Shown here: in pieces, positions 7,839 to 14,902 of the stretch
How the letters are laid out: each line of letters begins with the position of its first letter
How positions within the stretch are numbered: position 1 is the first letter of the stretch
IMG/VR virus record: IMGVR_UViG_3300048073_000103
Span: 1-37,065 of that record
From: a virus
Taxonomy: Duplodnaviria > Caudoviricetes
Strand: one strand, 5' to 3'
DNA length: 37,065 nucleotides
The notes under the pieces: model-generated
Told to the model about the DNA's origin: nothing
Seen by the model: only the letters and a program-made list of their open reading frames with translations
Database searches by the model: none
Program-made: the position numbers and the translations under genes

Positions 7839-8560
7839 TACGCTGCGGCCTTCGGTGCGTTGATGCGGGCGATTACTGCGTCAAACCACTGAGCCTGAAT
7901 TTCTCCGATGGTATCGACCTTAAGCGCCTTGCAAAGCTCGGCAGCGGTTTTCCCGGCCTTATCTAGCGCAGAGAGTATGATGTCGCGCTGATTGTCATCG
8001 ATATACTTGATGTGGACGCTCTGGGCGTCGTCGTCCTCTTCAAAAGCGTCCAAGTCTAGCGCAGCTTCGATGACGTAGCGTTTGCCAAAGGAGCCGCTGC
8101 TACCAGTGCCCTGAGTTGGGTTCTTATTGCCGCTCTCATCGCGCGGGAGCTTCATCGGCCCGTAGATTTCCTTGTGGCCGTCCTTGTGCCTGAAGATAGC
8201 GGTGACAAGGATATCGTCGCCGCTGTGGTCGAAGTTATAGCTTACTGAGAAGCCGTGCTTCCGTACGACGGGCATTGCAAGTTTCTGAATGTCTTCAAAA
8301 AGACGGTATCGGCTTTGGATTTGCCCCGCCTTATTCTTCACAGCGCCGCGCTTGGGGATTACAGGCAGCTCCTCTTGCATTGCTGCGAAGCTGCGATTGT
8401 AGGACTCTTCGGCTGCTCGATTCAGGATGCGCTCTTGCGCGTCCAGAAGTGAATGAAGCTTCGCCGGGTCGATGTCGGGATTTCTGACTGCTAGCAAAAT
8501 GCCGTCCATGGCACTCTGCGTCTTCTCGCTAATTACGAGTTGGGTCTTGGGTTCTCCCAC
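7838..8560 (-). CDS. ERF-family single-strand annealing protein
   Basis: FAAMQEELPVIPK, HKDGHKE, QGTGSSGSFGKRY, EDDDA; GTG 8560 with AGGAG RBS. Confidence 0.85.
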   Translation of the reverse strand: MGEPKTQLVISEKTQSAMDGILLAVRNPDIDPAKLHSLLDAQERILNRAAEESYNRSFAAMQEELPVIPKRGAVKNKAGQIQSRYRLFEDIQKLAMPVVRKHGFSVSYNFDHSGDDILVTAIFRHKDGHKEIYGPMKLPRDESGNKNPTQGTGSSGSFGKRYVIEAALDLDAFEEDDDAQSVHIKYIDDNQRDIILSALDKAGKTAAELCKALKVDTIGEIQAQWFDAVIARINAPKAAA

Positions 8561-8565
8561 ATTTG

Positions 8566-8696
8566 TATCTCCTGTTGTTGGAAAGAATCGTCTCACAACC
8601 TAAAATAGGCGACAAGAGAAAAGGTATAAAAAAGGTTTAAAAAGTATTTGACGTATACAATCACCTGACTCAGCATGGTCTCAACAACAGGAGATA
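8566..8696. promoter_or_regulatory. Divergent early control region with identical 15-nt leaders
   Basis: TATCTCCTGTTGTTG 8566-8580 is the exact reverse complement of CAACAACAGGAGATA 8682-8696; AT-rich core with TTGACG and AAAGGT repeats. Confidence 0.65.
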
Positions 8697-8702
8697 ACGA
8701 CC

Positions 8703-8888
8703 ATGACCACGAGTGAACCCATCACCACCACGCCGCACTTCGGCGACCCGGTGAAATATGACCGTATGTGCTTCGACGGTACGGAGCGTGCGACAAACTT
8801 CTACTGGCGCAATCGCGCGCTCTGCGACTCTGCGCTGTTTGTCGGGGTCTTCGCTATCATCGCCGTGCTTCTGCACGCGGCGGCTTAA
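8703..8888 (+). CDS. Small protein with C-terminal transmembrane helix
   Basis: AGGAG RBS; hydrophobic C-terminus. Confidence 0.65.
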   Translation: MTTSEPITTTPHFGDPVKYDRMCFDGTERATNFYWRNRALCDSALFVGVFAIIAVLLHAAA

Positions 8889-8902
8889 GGGGAGGCAAGC
8901 AT

Positions 8903-9304
8903 GTGGATTTCAAAATTACAAAGCCAGGCTTTTACAAAGCGCGGAACGGGGAAAAGATAGAGGTAGTCGGTCGCGCCGCGAATGGTCGCTGGGTTGGGCT
9001 TGATGCACGAGGTTCGCCAACGGCTTATAGTGACGATGGCATCTACCGCCCCGAGTGGGGAAACAACAAGTGCCAGAATGACCTCGTTGCTGAATGGGTA
9101 GAGCCCAAGCGCATCAAGGGTTGGCTCGCCATAGGAGTTAAGGGGGAGCGCGAAGCAGGCTTGTCGGCCATCTGCGGCAACATCGGCCTAACGCAGGAAG
9201 ACGCTACCAATTCATTCAATCGGATTTTCGCCAAATATAGTCCAGTCGCCTGCATCGAAATCGATGTGGCCGAAGGTCAAGGCTTAGATGGGAGTGCCAG
9301 CTAA
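8903..9304 (+). CDS. Phage hypothetical protein
   Basis: GTG start after GGAGG; GFYKARNGEKIEVV...DLVAEW pattern seen in phage early proteins. Confidence 0.7.
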   Translation: MDFKITKPGFYKARNGEKIEVVGRAANGRWVGLDARGSPTAYSDDGIYRPEWGNNKCQNDLVAEWVEPKRIKGWLAIGVKGEREAGLSAICGNIGLTQEDATNSFNRIFAKYSPVACIEIDVAEGQGLDGSAS

Positions 9305-9525
9305 TGTGGGGCGTCATCCTTCTCGCGTCCCTGAGCATCAACGGCGACGTGGCAACCTATGCCCGGATGCCGGACGATGTGTATTCGGGCTGGTACGATA
9401 CGTACGCGCAATGCAACGAAGCTGAGAAGGATTACAACGACGATGCCCGCAGGCGGTGGCCGCGCCGCATTTTCGGGTGCATGCAAAAGCCCGCCGGCTC
9501 TGGTTTAGACGGGAGAGCTGAATGA
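9304..9525 (+). CDS. Hypothetical protein, possibly exported
   Basis: TAATG coupling; hydrophobic N-terminus; two Cys. Confidence 0.55.
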   Translation: MWGVILLASLSINGDVATYARMPDDVYSGWYDTYAQCNEAEKDYNDDARRRWPRRIFGCMQKPAGSGLDGRAE

Positions 9526-9891
9526 ATGGACCAACCAGGTCTCCCGTTCTTCAATAGCGACCGCTGCCCGGAGCTGCATGACATCGCCACCCGCGCCGCC
9601 GCTAACCGCACCTACCGGAAGCCCAAACTTCCCGTTGCCGAGCAAGCGAAGCGCTGGATAGAAAGCCACCCGAAGGTTTACGATCTGTTCGTCAAGCATG
9701 CACTCAAGGTAGCCGGTGCCCGCAAGCACTACGGCGCCAAGGCCATCGTTGAGTTCATCCGCTACCACGAAGAGGTCGAGCATGGCCGGGAGTTCAAATG
9801 CCCGAATGCGTTCACAACTTACATGGCGCTGCGGTTCATGGATGAGAACCCCGAGCACGCCAACCTGTTCAAAACAACCAAGCGAAAGTGA
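9526..9891 (+). CDS. Conserved phage hypothetical protein
   Basis: HPKVYDLF..ALK...HYGAKAIVEFIRYH...NAFT.Y pattern. Confidence 0.7.
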   Translation: MDQPGLPFFNSDRCPELHDIATRAAANRTYRKPKLPVAEQAKRWIESHPKVYDLFVKHALKVAGARKHYGAKAIVEFIRYHEEVEHGREFKCPNAFTTYMALRFMDENPEHANLFKTTKRK

Positions 9892-9895
9892 GGAA

Positions 9896-10051
9896 ATGAA
9901 AAGTGTAATCGTCAACGTGGATTTTTGGTGGGTGGTGGTCGCCATCATGCTCATCCTGTTCCACGGCGAGCCTGACATTATTGATTGTCTGGTCTTCAAG
10001 CTCTCTGGCATTTGGCAGCACTCGTCCGGAATTCTTGGCACGGCTGGCTAA
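9896..10051 (+). CDS. Small membrane protein
   Basis: GAGG RBS; MKSVIVNVDFWWVVVAIMLILFHGEPDIID. Confidence 0.55.
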   Translation: MKSVIVNVDFWWVVVAIMLILFHGEPDIIDCLVFKLSGIWQHSSGILGTAG

Positions 10052-10110
10052 CCAGGTTCGGCGCTCGCAACGCCAACGCACCCATAATCAACAAAGAGGG
10101 ATAAAACCCC

Positions 10111-10377
10111 ATGAAGAAACGACCACTGGCCTGGTACGTCATCAATCGATACGAGCAGGGCAAACTGAAACATCAAGTCGTCGCCGTCCGCGTACTCGGC
10201 GGCCTTGAGCGACTGATGAATGGCCTGGCCAAATTCGTCTTCGAGATCCAGACGCCGAACGGCAAAGCAAAGGTCAAAGGCAAGTTCATCGAAGTCGGCG
10301 GGCCATTCGCCACGCAGGAACGCGCTCGGCAGTGCAAATATGTGCTGGCCGGTCGTCGGCCACGGAAGGCACGGTAA
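10111..10377 (+). CDS. Hypothetical basic protein
   Basis: GAGGG RBS, ATG, operon position. Confidence 0.6.
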   Translation: MKKRPLAWYVINRYEQGKLKHQVVAVRVLGGLERLMNGLAKFVFEIQTPNGKAKVKGKFIEVGGPFATQERARQCKYVLAGRRPRKAR

Positions 10378-10604
10378 TGCCGGCGGTGGTATCGAACCGG
10401 GTGCTGGCTGGTCCTAAAGACAAGCTTCCACCCGGCGCCACTGAGGCGGAGTTCGCTTACCTCAAAGCGGCGAGCATCAAGCGAGGAGACGACTACCCAT
10501 TCTCCGAAGCGTTCTATCTTGAACAGCGCGACTTCAATGTCATCATGCCTGGCGTGGTGCAGCGGCAGTCTCACCTTGAGAAGCTGCGTGGAAAGCCGCG
10601 CTAG
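10377..10604 (+). CDS. Hypothetical protein
   Basis: TAATG coupling with upstream gene. Confidence 0.55.
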   Translation: MPAVVSNRVLAGPKDKLPPGATEAEFAYLKAASIKRGDDYPFSEAFYLEQRDFNVIMPGVVQRQSHLEKLRGKPR

Positions 10605-11575
10605 GGCTGGAAGAACCGCATCACCTTGTCCCATTCAACCTTGTCCTGGTTGAACGTCTGCAGGAGCGGGCGCCGCGATGCGCCAATGATGGCCGGGCCT
10701 ACCTTGGTGACGTAAGGGTCCGGCGTCTTTTTCGTCAGGCGCTTGTCGATCACGTCAACGCCGGCCGGGTCGATGATGAACAGCTTGAGCCCGTTCTCAA
10801 CCCCGGCGGCAATGGCGTCATTGATGTGCTTGTCGCTGAAGCTGTAGCCGATGACCATCAGCTTCGCGCCGCCGGCACAGAGCCGACGGGTGAACTCTTC
10901 AAGGTACCACTGCAGGACCGGAATGCGGGGTATCGATGCCGCCTTGTTGCCGCCCATGATGATGATGCGACCGCCGGTCGGGCCATTCACGTAATTACGG
11001 GAGCCGTGCATTTTGAAGTACGGCTGGTGCCTGGCGGAGACGGTGAACGGTCCTGCGACCGGGAAGCGCATAGCCGTGTACTGGGATCGTTGGTCGAATG
11101 AGACTTGTCCGGGTCCTGCCGGCGCCATTCCCGGAAACTCAAAGCCAGTAAACCGCGCCTGCGAATTCAGCATGACGTGCTGGGCGTAGTGGTATTCGAG
11201 GAGCGTGTCCTGGTTGAGCGTGAAGATGGCGTCGAACTTCAGCAGCAGCTCCTTGATGCTGCCCTGGATGTTGTTGTGCGGTTCGAAATCGCGCCGCTCC
11301 ATGGAATTGCTCATGCCGTTGAGCATGCCGACGATGCCGGCGATCAGGTCGTTGAGCTGACGCTGGGTCTCCGGCCTGCCGTGGGCGGCAAATTCCTGTT
11401 CGAGCGTCGCCAGCGCGTCCTCAAAGCCGCCGCCGGACTCCTTGTTGGCCCAGAGCAGGGCGCGCAGCTCGGGAGTCGTCTCCGGGGCGCCGAGCAGATA
11501 CTCGAAGGCCTCGCTGGCCAGCCAGCCGCCCCAGTTGTAGCTGAACCCCGCGCCGGTCAGGAGGTAATGCGCCAT
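10601..11575 (-). CDS. SIR2-like (SIR2_2) domain protein, putative NAD+-depleting defence effector
   Basis: LLTGAGFS, IFTLNQDTLLE, FKMHGS, LMVIGYSFSDKHIN motifs. Confidence 0.9.
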   Translation of the reverse strand: MAHYLLTGAGFSYNWGGWLASEAFEYLLGAPETTPELRALLWANKESGGGFEDALATLEQEFAAHGRPETQRQLNDLIAGIVGMLNGMSNSMERRDFEPHNNIQGSIKELLLKFDAIFTLNQDTLLEYHYAQHVMLNSQARFTGFEFPGMAPAGPGQVSFDQRSQYTAMRFPVAGPFTVSARHQPYFKMHGSRNYVNGPTGGRIIIMGGNKAASIPRIPVLQWYLEEFTRRLCAGGAKLMVIGYSFSDKHINDAIAAGVENGLKLFIIDPAGVDVIDKRLTKKTPDPYVTKVGPAIIGASRRPLLQTFNQDKVEWDKVMRFFQP

Positions 11576-11610
11576 GACTGTCCTGTTAACTGCCTCGAAT
11601 ATCAGGCATT

Positions 11611-11724
11611 TGGGCCGGACGACGGGACTTGCACCCGCATCATCTCGCCCGTATCTTCAGGCCTTCCCTGGCAGGAAACCCGAAGACACTCGAAAGGCGA
11701 GCGGTCTTTCTTAAACGACGCCGG
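11611..11724 (-). ncRNA. tRNA-like RNA (114 nt) with greatly elongated anticodon arm
   Basis: Manual fold: acceptor CCGGCG/CGTCCGG + C + CCA; D-arm GTTT/AGAC; arm CTCGCCT/GGGCGAG extended by GTGTCTTCGGG/CCTGAAGATAC; tip loop CT-GCC-AG; 5-nt variable loop; T-arm GCGGG-TGCAAGT-CCCGT. Confidence 0.7.
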
Positions 11725-11729
11725 TATTC

Positions 11730-12155
11730 CTATTCGGTCTCCTCTGAAGAGCGCCCTCCTTTGCGGAGGGCGATTCTTTCTCGGGCTAGGGGTTCGAGCA
11801 TTCGAACCAGTGGCGTCACGTCATAGGGCCTGACGCCGTGATAGTTGTTCTCCCGCACCTTCGTGATGAAGCCGCGCTTCCGCAGTGACACCAGCGTGCG
11901 TTGGATGGTCCGCGGTGACCCGCCCATCCGTTTCGCGATCGTGACCGTGCTTGGGTAGGGCATGCGCTCCGGCTCGTACCAGTGCAGCAGCAGATTCAGC
12001 AGGACGTTCAGGTCCTCGCTGCGCAACCCCAGCTTCTTTTGGTTCAGCAGCAGAATGTCCGGCAGCGGCTGGTACCCGGCGTCCGCGACCACGCCGAACC
12101 GTGCCCGGACCCGACCCTGCACATACTCCTGCTGAACATTCTGAGATGTTTCCAT
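11730..12155 (-). CDS. Winged helix-turn-helix protein (HTH_36 / Rep-N-like)
   Basis: GYQPLPDILL..QKKLGL, PYPSTVTIAKRMGGSPRTIQRTLVSLRKRGFITK. Confidence 0.85.
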   Translation of the reverse strand: METSQNVQQEYVQGRVRARFGVVADAGYQPLPDILLLNQKKLGLRSEDLNVLLNLLLHWYEPERMPYPSTVTIAKRMGGSPRTIQRTLVSLRKRGFITKVRENNYHGVRPYDVTPLVRMLEPLARERIALRKGGRSSEETE

Positions 12156-12319
12156 TTCACTGACTTGGCATGCCCTTTTCCATAAGAAAAGAGCTCTGTT
12201 TTATCTTTACCGGAAATGTCGCTTTTTCTGAGGATTCCCTTCCCATCGCCCAACCCAAGCCAATGCAGCGGCAACATCTCAGAATGTTCAGCAGCGGTAT
12301 GGTTCGCGTCAGGTCCGGG
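12104..12319. repeat. 65-bp imperfect inverted repeat with 22-bp perfect core
   Basis: Arms 12104-12168 and 12255-12319; core CTGCTGAACATTCTGAGATGTT 12129-12150 with reverse complement at 12273-12294; left arm covers the wHTH start codon. Confidence 0.9.
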
Positions 12320-12324
12320 AATGG

Positions 12325-12726
12325 TCATTTGCGGAGCCCGGTGATGAGCTGCCGTTGGCCGTCCTTGAGGGCGACGTACCAGTTGTTCCAGGCATTCTCG
12401 ACGTTGTTGTGGATGCTGCGGCTGAGCTGGTTGAGGTTGTTGTACCCGACGCCGTTGTCCACCCTGACCAGGCGCCCATCGGTCGCCGTGGCCCGGTATT
12501 CCTTGCCCTTGTAGGTGCGGAAGATCTGCTGGCCTTCCTTCAGCTCGACGCCATGGCGGGGGTCTGCCCAGCCGACGCGGTCGGAAGCGGTGACGGCAAC
12601 GGGCTTGGCCCGCTGAACGCCGAACTTGCGGGCGAGGATCTGCTCTTCGGTGTCCTCGCCGGGTTTCCGGTCGGCCCAGATCGCCGCGTATACGTCCGTC
12701 TCGACCTCGATCATGCGCTTCACCAT
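12325..12726 (-). CDS. SeqA-N/RHH-like domain fused to RAMA (DUF4357/DUF2924-like) domain
   Basis: MIEVETDVYAAIW...EDTEEQILAR resembles SeqA N-terminus; RTYKGKEYRA...NQLS...ENAWNNWYV resembles RAMA. Confidence 0.65.
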   Translation of the reverse strand: MVKRMIEVETDVYAAIWADRKPGEDTEEQILARKFGVQRAKPVAVTASDRVGWADPRHGVELKEGQQIFRTYKGKEYRATATDGRLVRVDNGVGYNNLNQLSRSIHNNVENAWNNWYVALKDGQRQLITGLRK

Positions 12727-12845
12727 GGGAATCTCCTGTGCCCGGCGCCTCTATGACCTCTTCTGTAGAGAAGATAGAGAGCAAAGCAAGCAAATTTATC
12801 TATTCAGCTTGCCAGCATCAGCGGGGCTGTGCGCATAATCAGCGG

Positions 12846-13247
12846 GTGAACAGCGGACGAGCAGCGGCGAAGCGACCGGACGGGATGCCGGTCGGCAAGC
12901 CATTCCCGCCCGGTAAGTCTGGAAATGAGGCTGGTCGCCCTCCTGGCATTCCCAATCTCGAGGCCCGTGTCCGCGCCTTGCTCGATGGCGAGACCACGCT
13001 GCCTCAGCCCATCGCCGACGTGATCCGCGCCCAGTGCGGCGAGGACAAGAAGGCGATTGATGCTGTGTTCATCGTCGGACTGTTGCAGGCACTTCAGGGC
13101 GACAAGGCTTGGGCTCAGTTCATCGTCGAACGCGGCTGGGGCAAGGTTCCTGACAAGTTGGAAGGTGGAGACCCTGAAAACCCCGTGAAGGTGACCAGTA
13201 AGCTGGAGGTCGTGCTGATTAGCGCCAAGAGAAGCTCGAATGCTTGA
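12846..13247 (+). CDS. terS: Terminase small subunit (DUF5681-type; start uncertain)
   Basis: KPFPPGKSGNEAGRPPG motif; immediately upstream of large subunit. Confidence 0.75.
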   Translation: MNSGRAAAKRPDGMPVGKPFPPGKSGNEAGRPPGIPNLEARVRALLDGETTLPQPIADVIRAQCGEDKKAIDAVFIVGLLQALQGDKAWAQFIVERGWGKVPDKLEGGDPENPVKVTSKLEVVLISAKRSSNA

Positions 13248-14527
13248 ACCGCATCGAGATCCCCGAGAAGTTCGCCGGTCTATTTGAGCCACACCGGTTT
13301 AAAGTCTTCCATGGCGGCCGTGACGCGGCGAAGAGCTGGTCATTTGCTGATGCTCTTTTGCATACGGGCGCACGCACACCACTTCGTATCGTCTGCGCCC
13401 GTGAGTTTCAAAACTCTATTCAGGAATCAGTACACCATCTGCTTGATAAGCGGATTGAGCATTACGGACTGCCGTATCACGTAGACAAATATCGAATCTT
13501 CAACGACATCGGCACTGAGTTCATTTTCATCGGCTTGTCCAAACAGGATGCTCAGGCCGTCAAATCCCTCGAAGGCGCCGACCGCGTGTGGGTCGAGGAA
13601 GCGCAAAACGTTTCCGAACCGAGCTGGAAGAACCTTATTCCGACCGTGCGCAAGGAAGGCAGCGAGATTTGGGTGAGCTTCAACCCGGTCACCGCTGACG
13701 CTCCCACCTATCGGCGGTTCATCACCAATCCTCAGCCTCGTTCTCTCGTCGTCAAGGTCAATTGGTACGATAACCCCTGGCGCTCGAAAGAATTGGACGA
13801 CGATCGCCGCCATATGCAACTGACCGACCCGGAGGCATACGACAACGTTTACGAGGGTAATCCGCGCGCATTTGCCGAGGGTGCGTATTTCATTGAGCAG
13901 ATGAAGGATGCTCTGCGGTTCGGCCGTATCGGCGATGTACCGCATGACCCGGCTGCGATGGTCTGGGCTTTCATGGACTTGGGAGGGGCAGGGCAAAAGA
14001 GCGACCCGCATGCCATCTGGTTCGTCCAGCCGACCGGTACCGGCTCCTTCAACGTCATTGATTACTGGGAGGGCAACAACGTTGACCTGGTCAAGATGGC
14101 TGAAGAAGTGCTGCTCAAGCGCCGCGATGAACTGAAGTACAAATACGCGAAGATCGTCATTCCCCATGATGGCTCACACGCCAACCGCCAAACCGGAAAG
14201 ACCGACGAAGACGTGCTGAAGGGGCTCGGCCTGCCTGTCGAAGTGCAGGAACGCACGCAGGAGAAGGACAAGGATGTGCGCAACATCCGCCTCGTCATTC
14301 CACGTTGCCGGTTCGATGAGAAGAAATGCGCGCCGGGCTTGGCCGCGCTTCGCAACTATCGTCAGGAGAAGGATGAGAAGACCGGGCTGTGGAAGTTCAA
14401 GCATGATTGGACTTCGCACGGCACAGATGCATTCCGTGGCTTCTCCGTATTCCAGGCCGAGCATTCGATGGTTGCAGGAAACGATAACGTCAGACCATCA
14501 CAGCCGCGCCGTGCAGTGCCATGCTAA
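13244..14527 (+). CDS. terL: Terminase large subunit, PBSX family
   Basis: HGGRDAAKS Walker A, CAREFQNSI, VWVEEA Walker B, SFNP, MDLG nuclease, SHGTDAFR; TTG start. Confidence 0.95.
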   Translation: MNRIEIPEKFAGLFEPHRFKVFHGGRDAAKSWSFADALLHTGARTPLRIVCAREFQNSIQESVHHLLDKRIEHYGLPYHVDKYRIFNDIGTEFIFIGLSKQDAQAVKSLEGADRVWVEEAQNVSEPSWKNLIPTVRKEGSEIWVSFNPVTADAPTYRRFITNPQPRSLVVKVNWYDNPWRSKELDDDRRHMQLTDPEAYDNVYEGNPRAFAEGAYFIEQMKDALRFGRIGDVPHDPAAMVWAFMDLGGAGQKSDPHAIWFVQPTGTGSFNVIDYWEGNNVDLVKMAEEVLLKRRDELKYKYAKIVIPHDGSHANRQTGKTDEDVLKGLGLPVEVQERTQEKDKDVRNIRLVIPRCRFDEKKCAPGLAALRNYRQEKDEKTGLWKFKHDWTSHGTDAFRGFSVFQAEHSMVAGNDNVRPSQPRRAVPC

Positions 14528-14590
14528 TCAAGACGCTTGCCAGAAATTTTATTTGCGCCTTATGATTCAGCAACAACGAAAGCTAATCAT

Positions 14591-14902
14591 ATGTCTACCG
14601 AAATGGAGAAGAAGGAACACGAGACGCAGGATCAACGCCTGGAAAAACTGAAAGCCCAGCGTGCTGCGGAAAAGGAAGAACAACTCGCAAAGATGCTGAA
14701 GGCTGCCAAGAAAGCTGGACTGACCGGTAAGGCGCTCGATCTTTACACCAAGGCCATAAACGAAAAGAACGGCTACACCCTGATCCCGGCCGGCAAAGCA
14801 CCGAACGAGAAAGAAGGCACGGGCAACCACACCGTGGAAGTCGAAATGTTCGAAGGCAAGCCCATCGAGGTTGATGGGATGATCGTGGTCTGCGCGAAGT
14901 AG
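14591..14902 (+). CDS. Hypothetical protein, in frame with the portal gene
   Basis: Lys/Glu-rich ORF ending in TAG at 14900-14902. Confidence 0.7.
   Translation: MSTEMEKKEHETQDQRLEKLKAQRAAEKEEQLAKMLKAAKKAGLTGKALDLYTKAINEKNGYTLIPAGKAPNEKEGTGNHTVEVEMFEGKPIEVDGMIVVCAK

Noticed and set aside
11611-11724. Calling the RNA a canonical tRNA-Gly(GCC)
   Set aside because: Bulged 6-bp acceptor, D-loop lacking GG, TGC instead of TTC in the T-loop and an oversized anticodon arm; kept as tRNA-like ncRNA
12104-12319. Retron msr/msd, DGR or IS terminal repeats as explanation of the inverted repeat
   Set aside because: No reverse transcriptase or transposase in the window; one arm lies inside a coding region
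12044-12793. 249-aa minus-strand ORF as a gene
   Set aside because: Overlaps the RAMA gene out of frame with Arg/Pro-rich composition; only the part from ATG 12328 is kept as a possible leader
14900-14902. Genome-wide TAG reassignment as explanation of the portal anomaly
   Set aside because: Many genes (capsid, SIR2, coupling protein, integrase) end sensibly at TAG, and other genes are not fragmented
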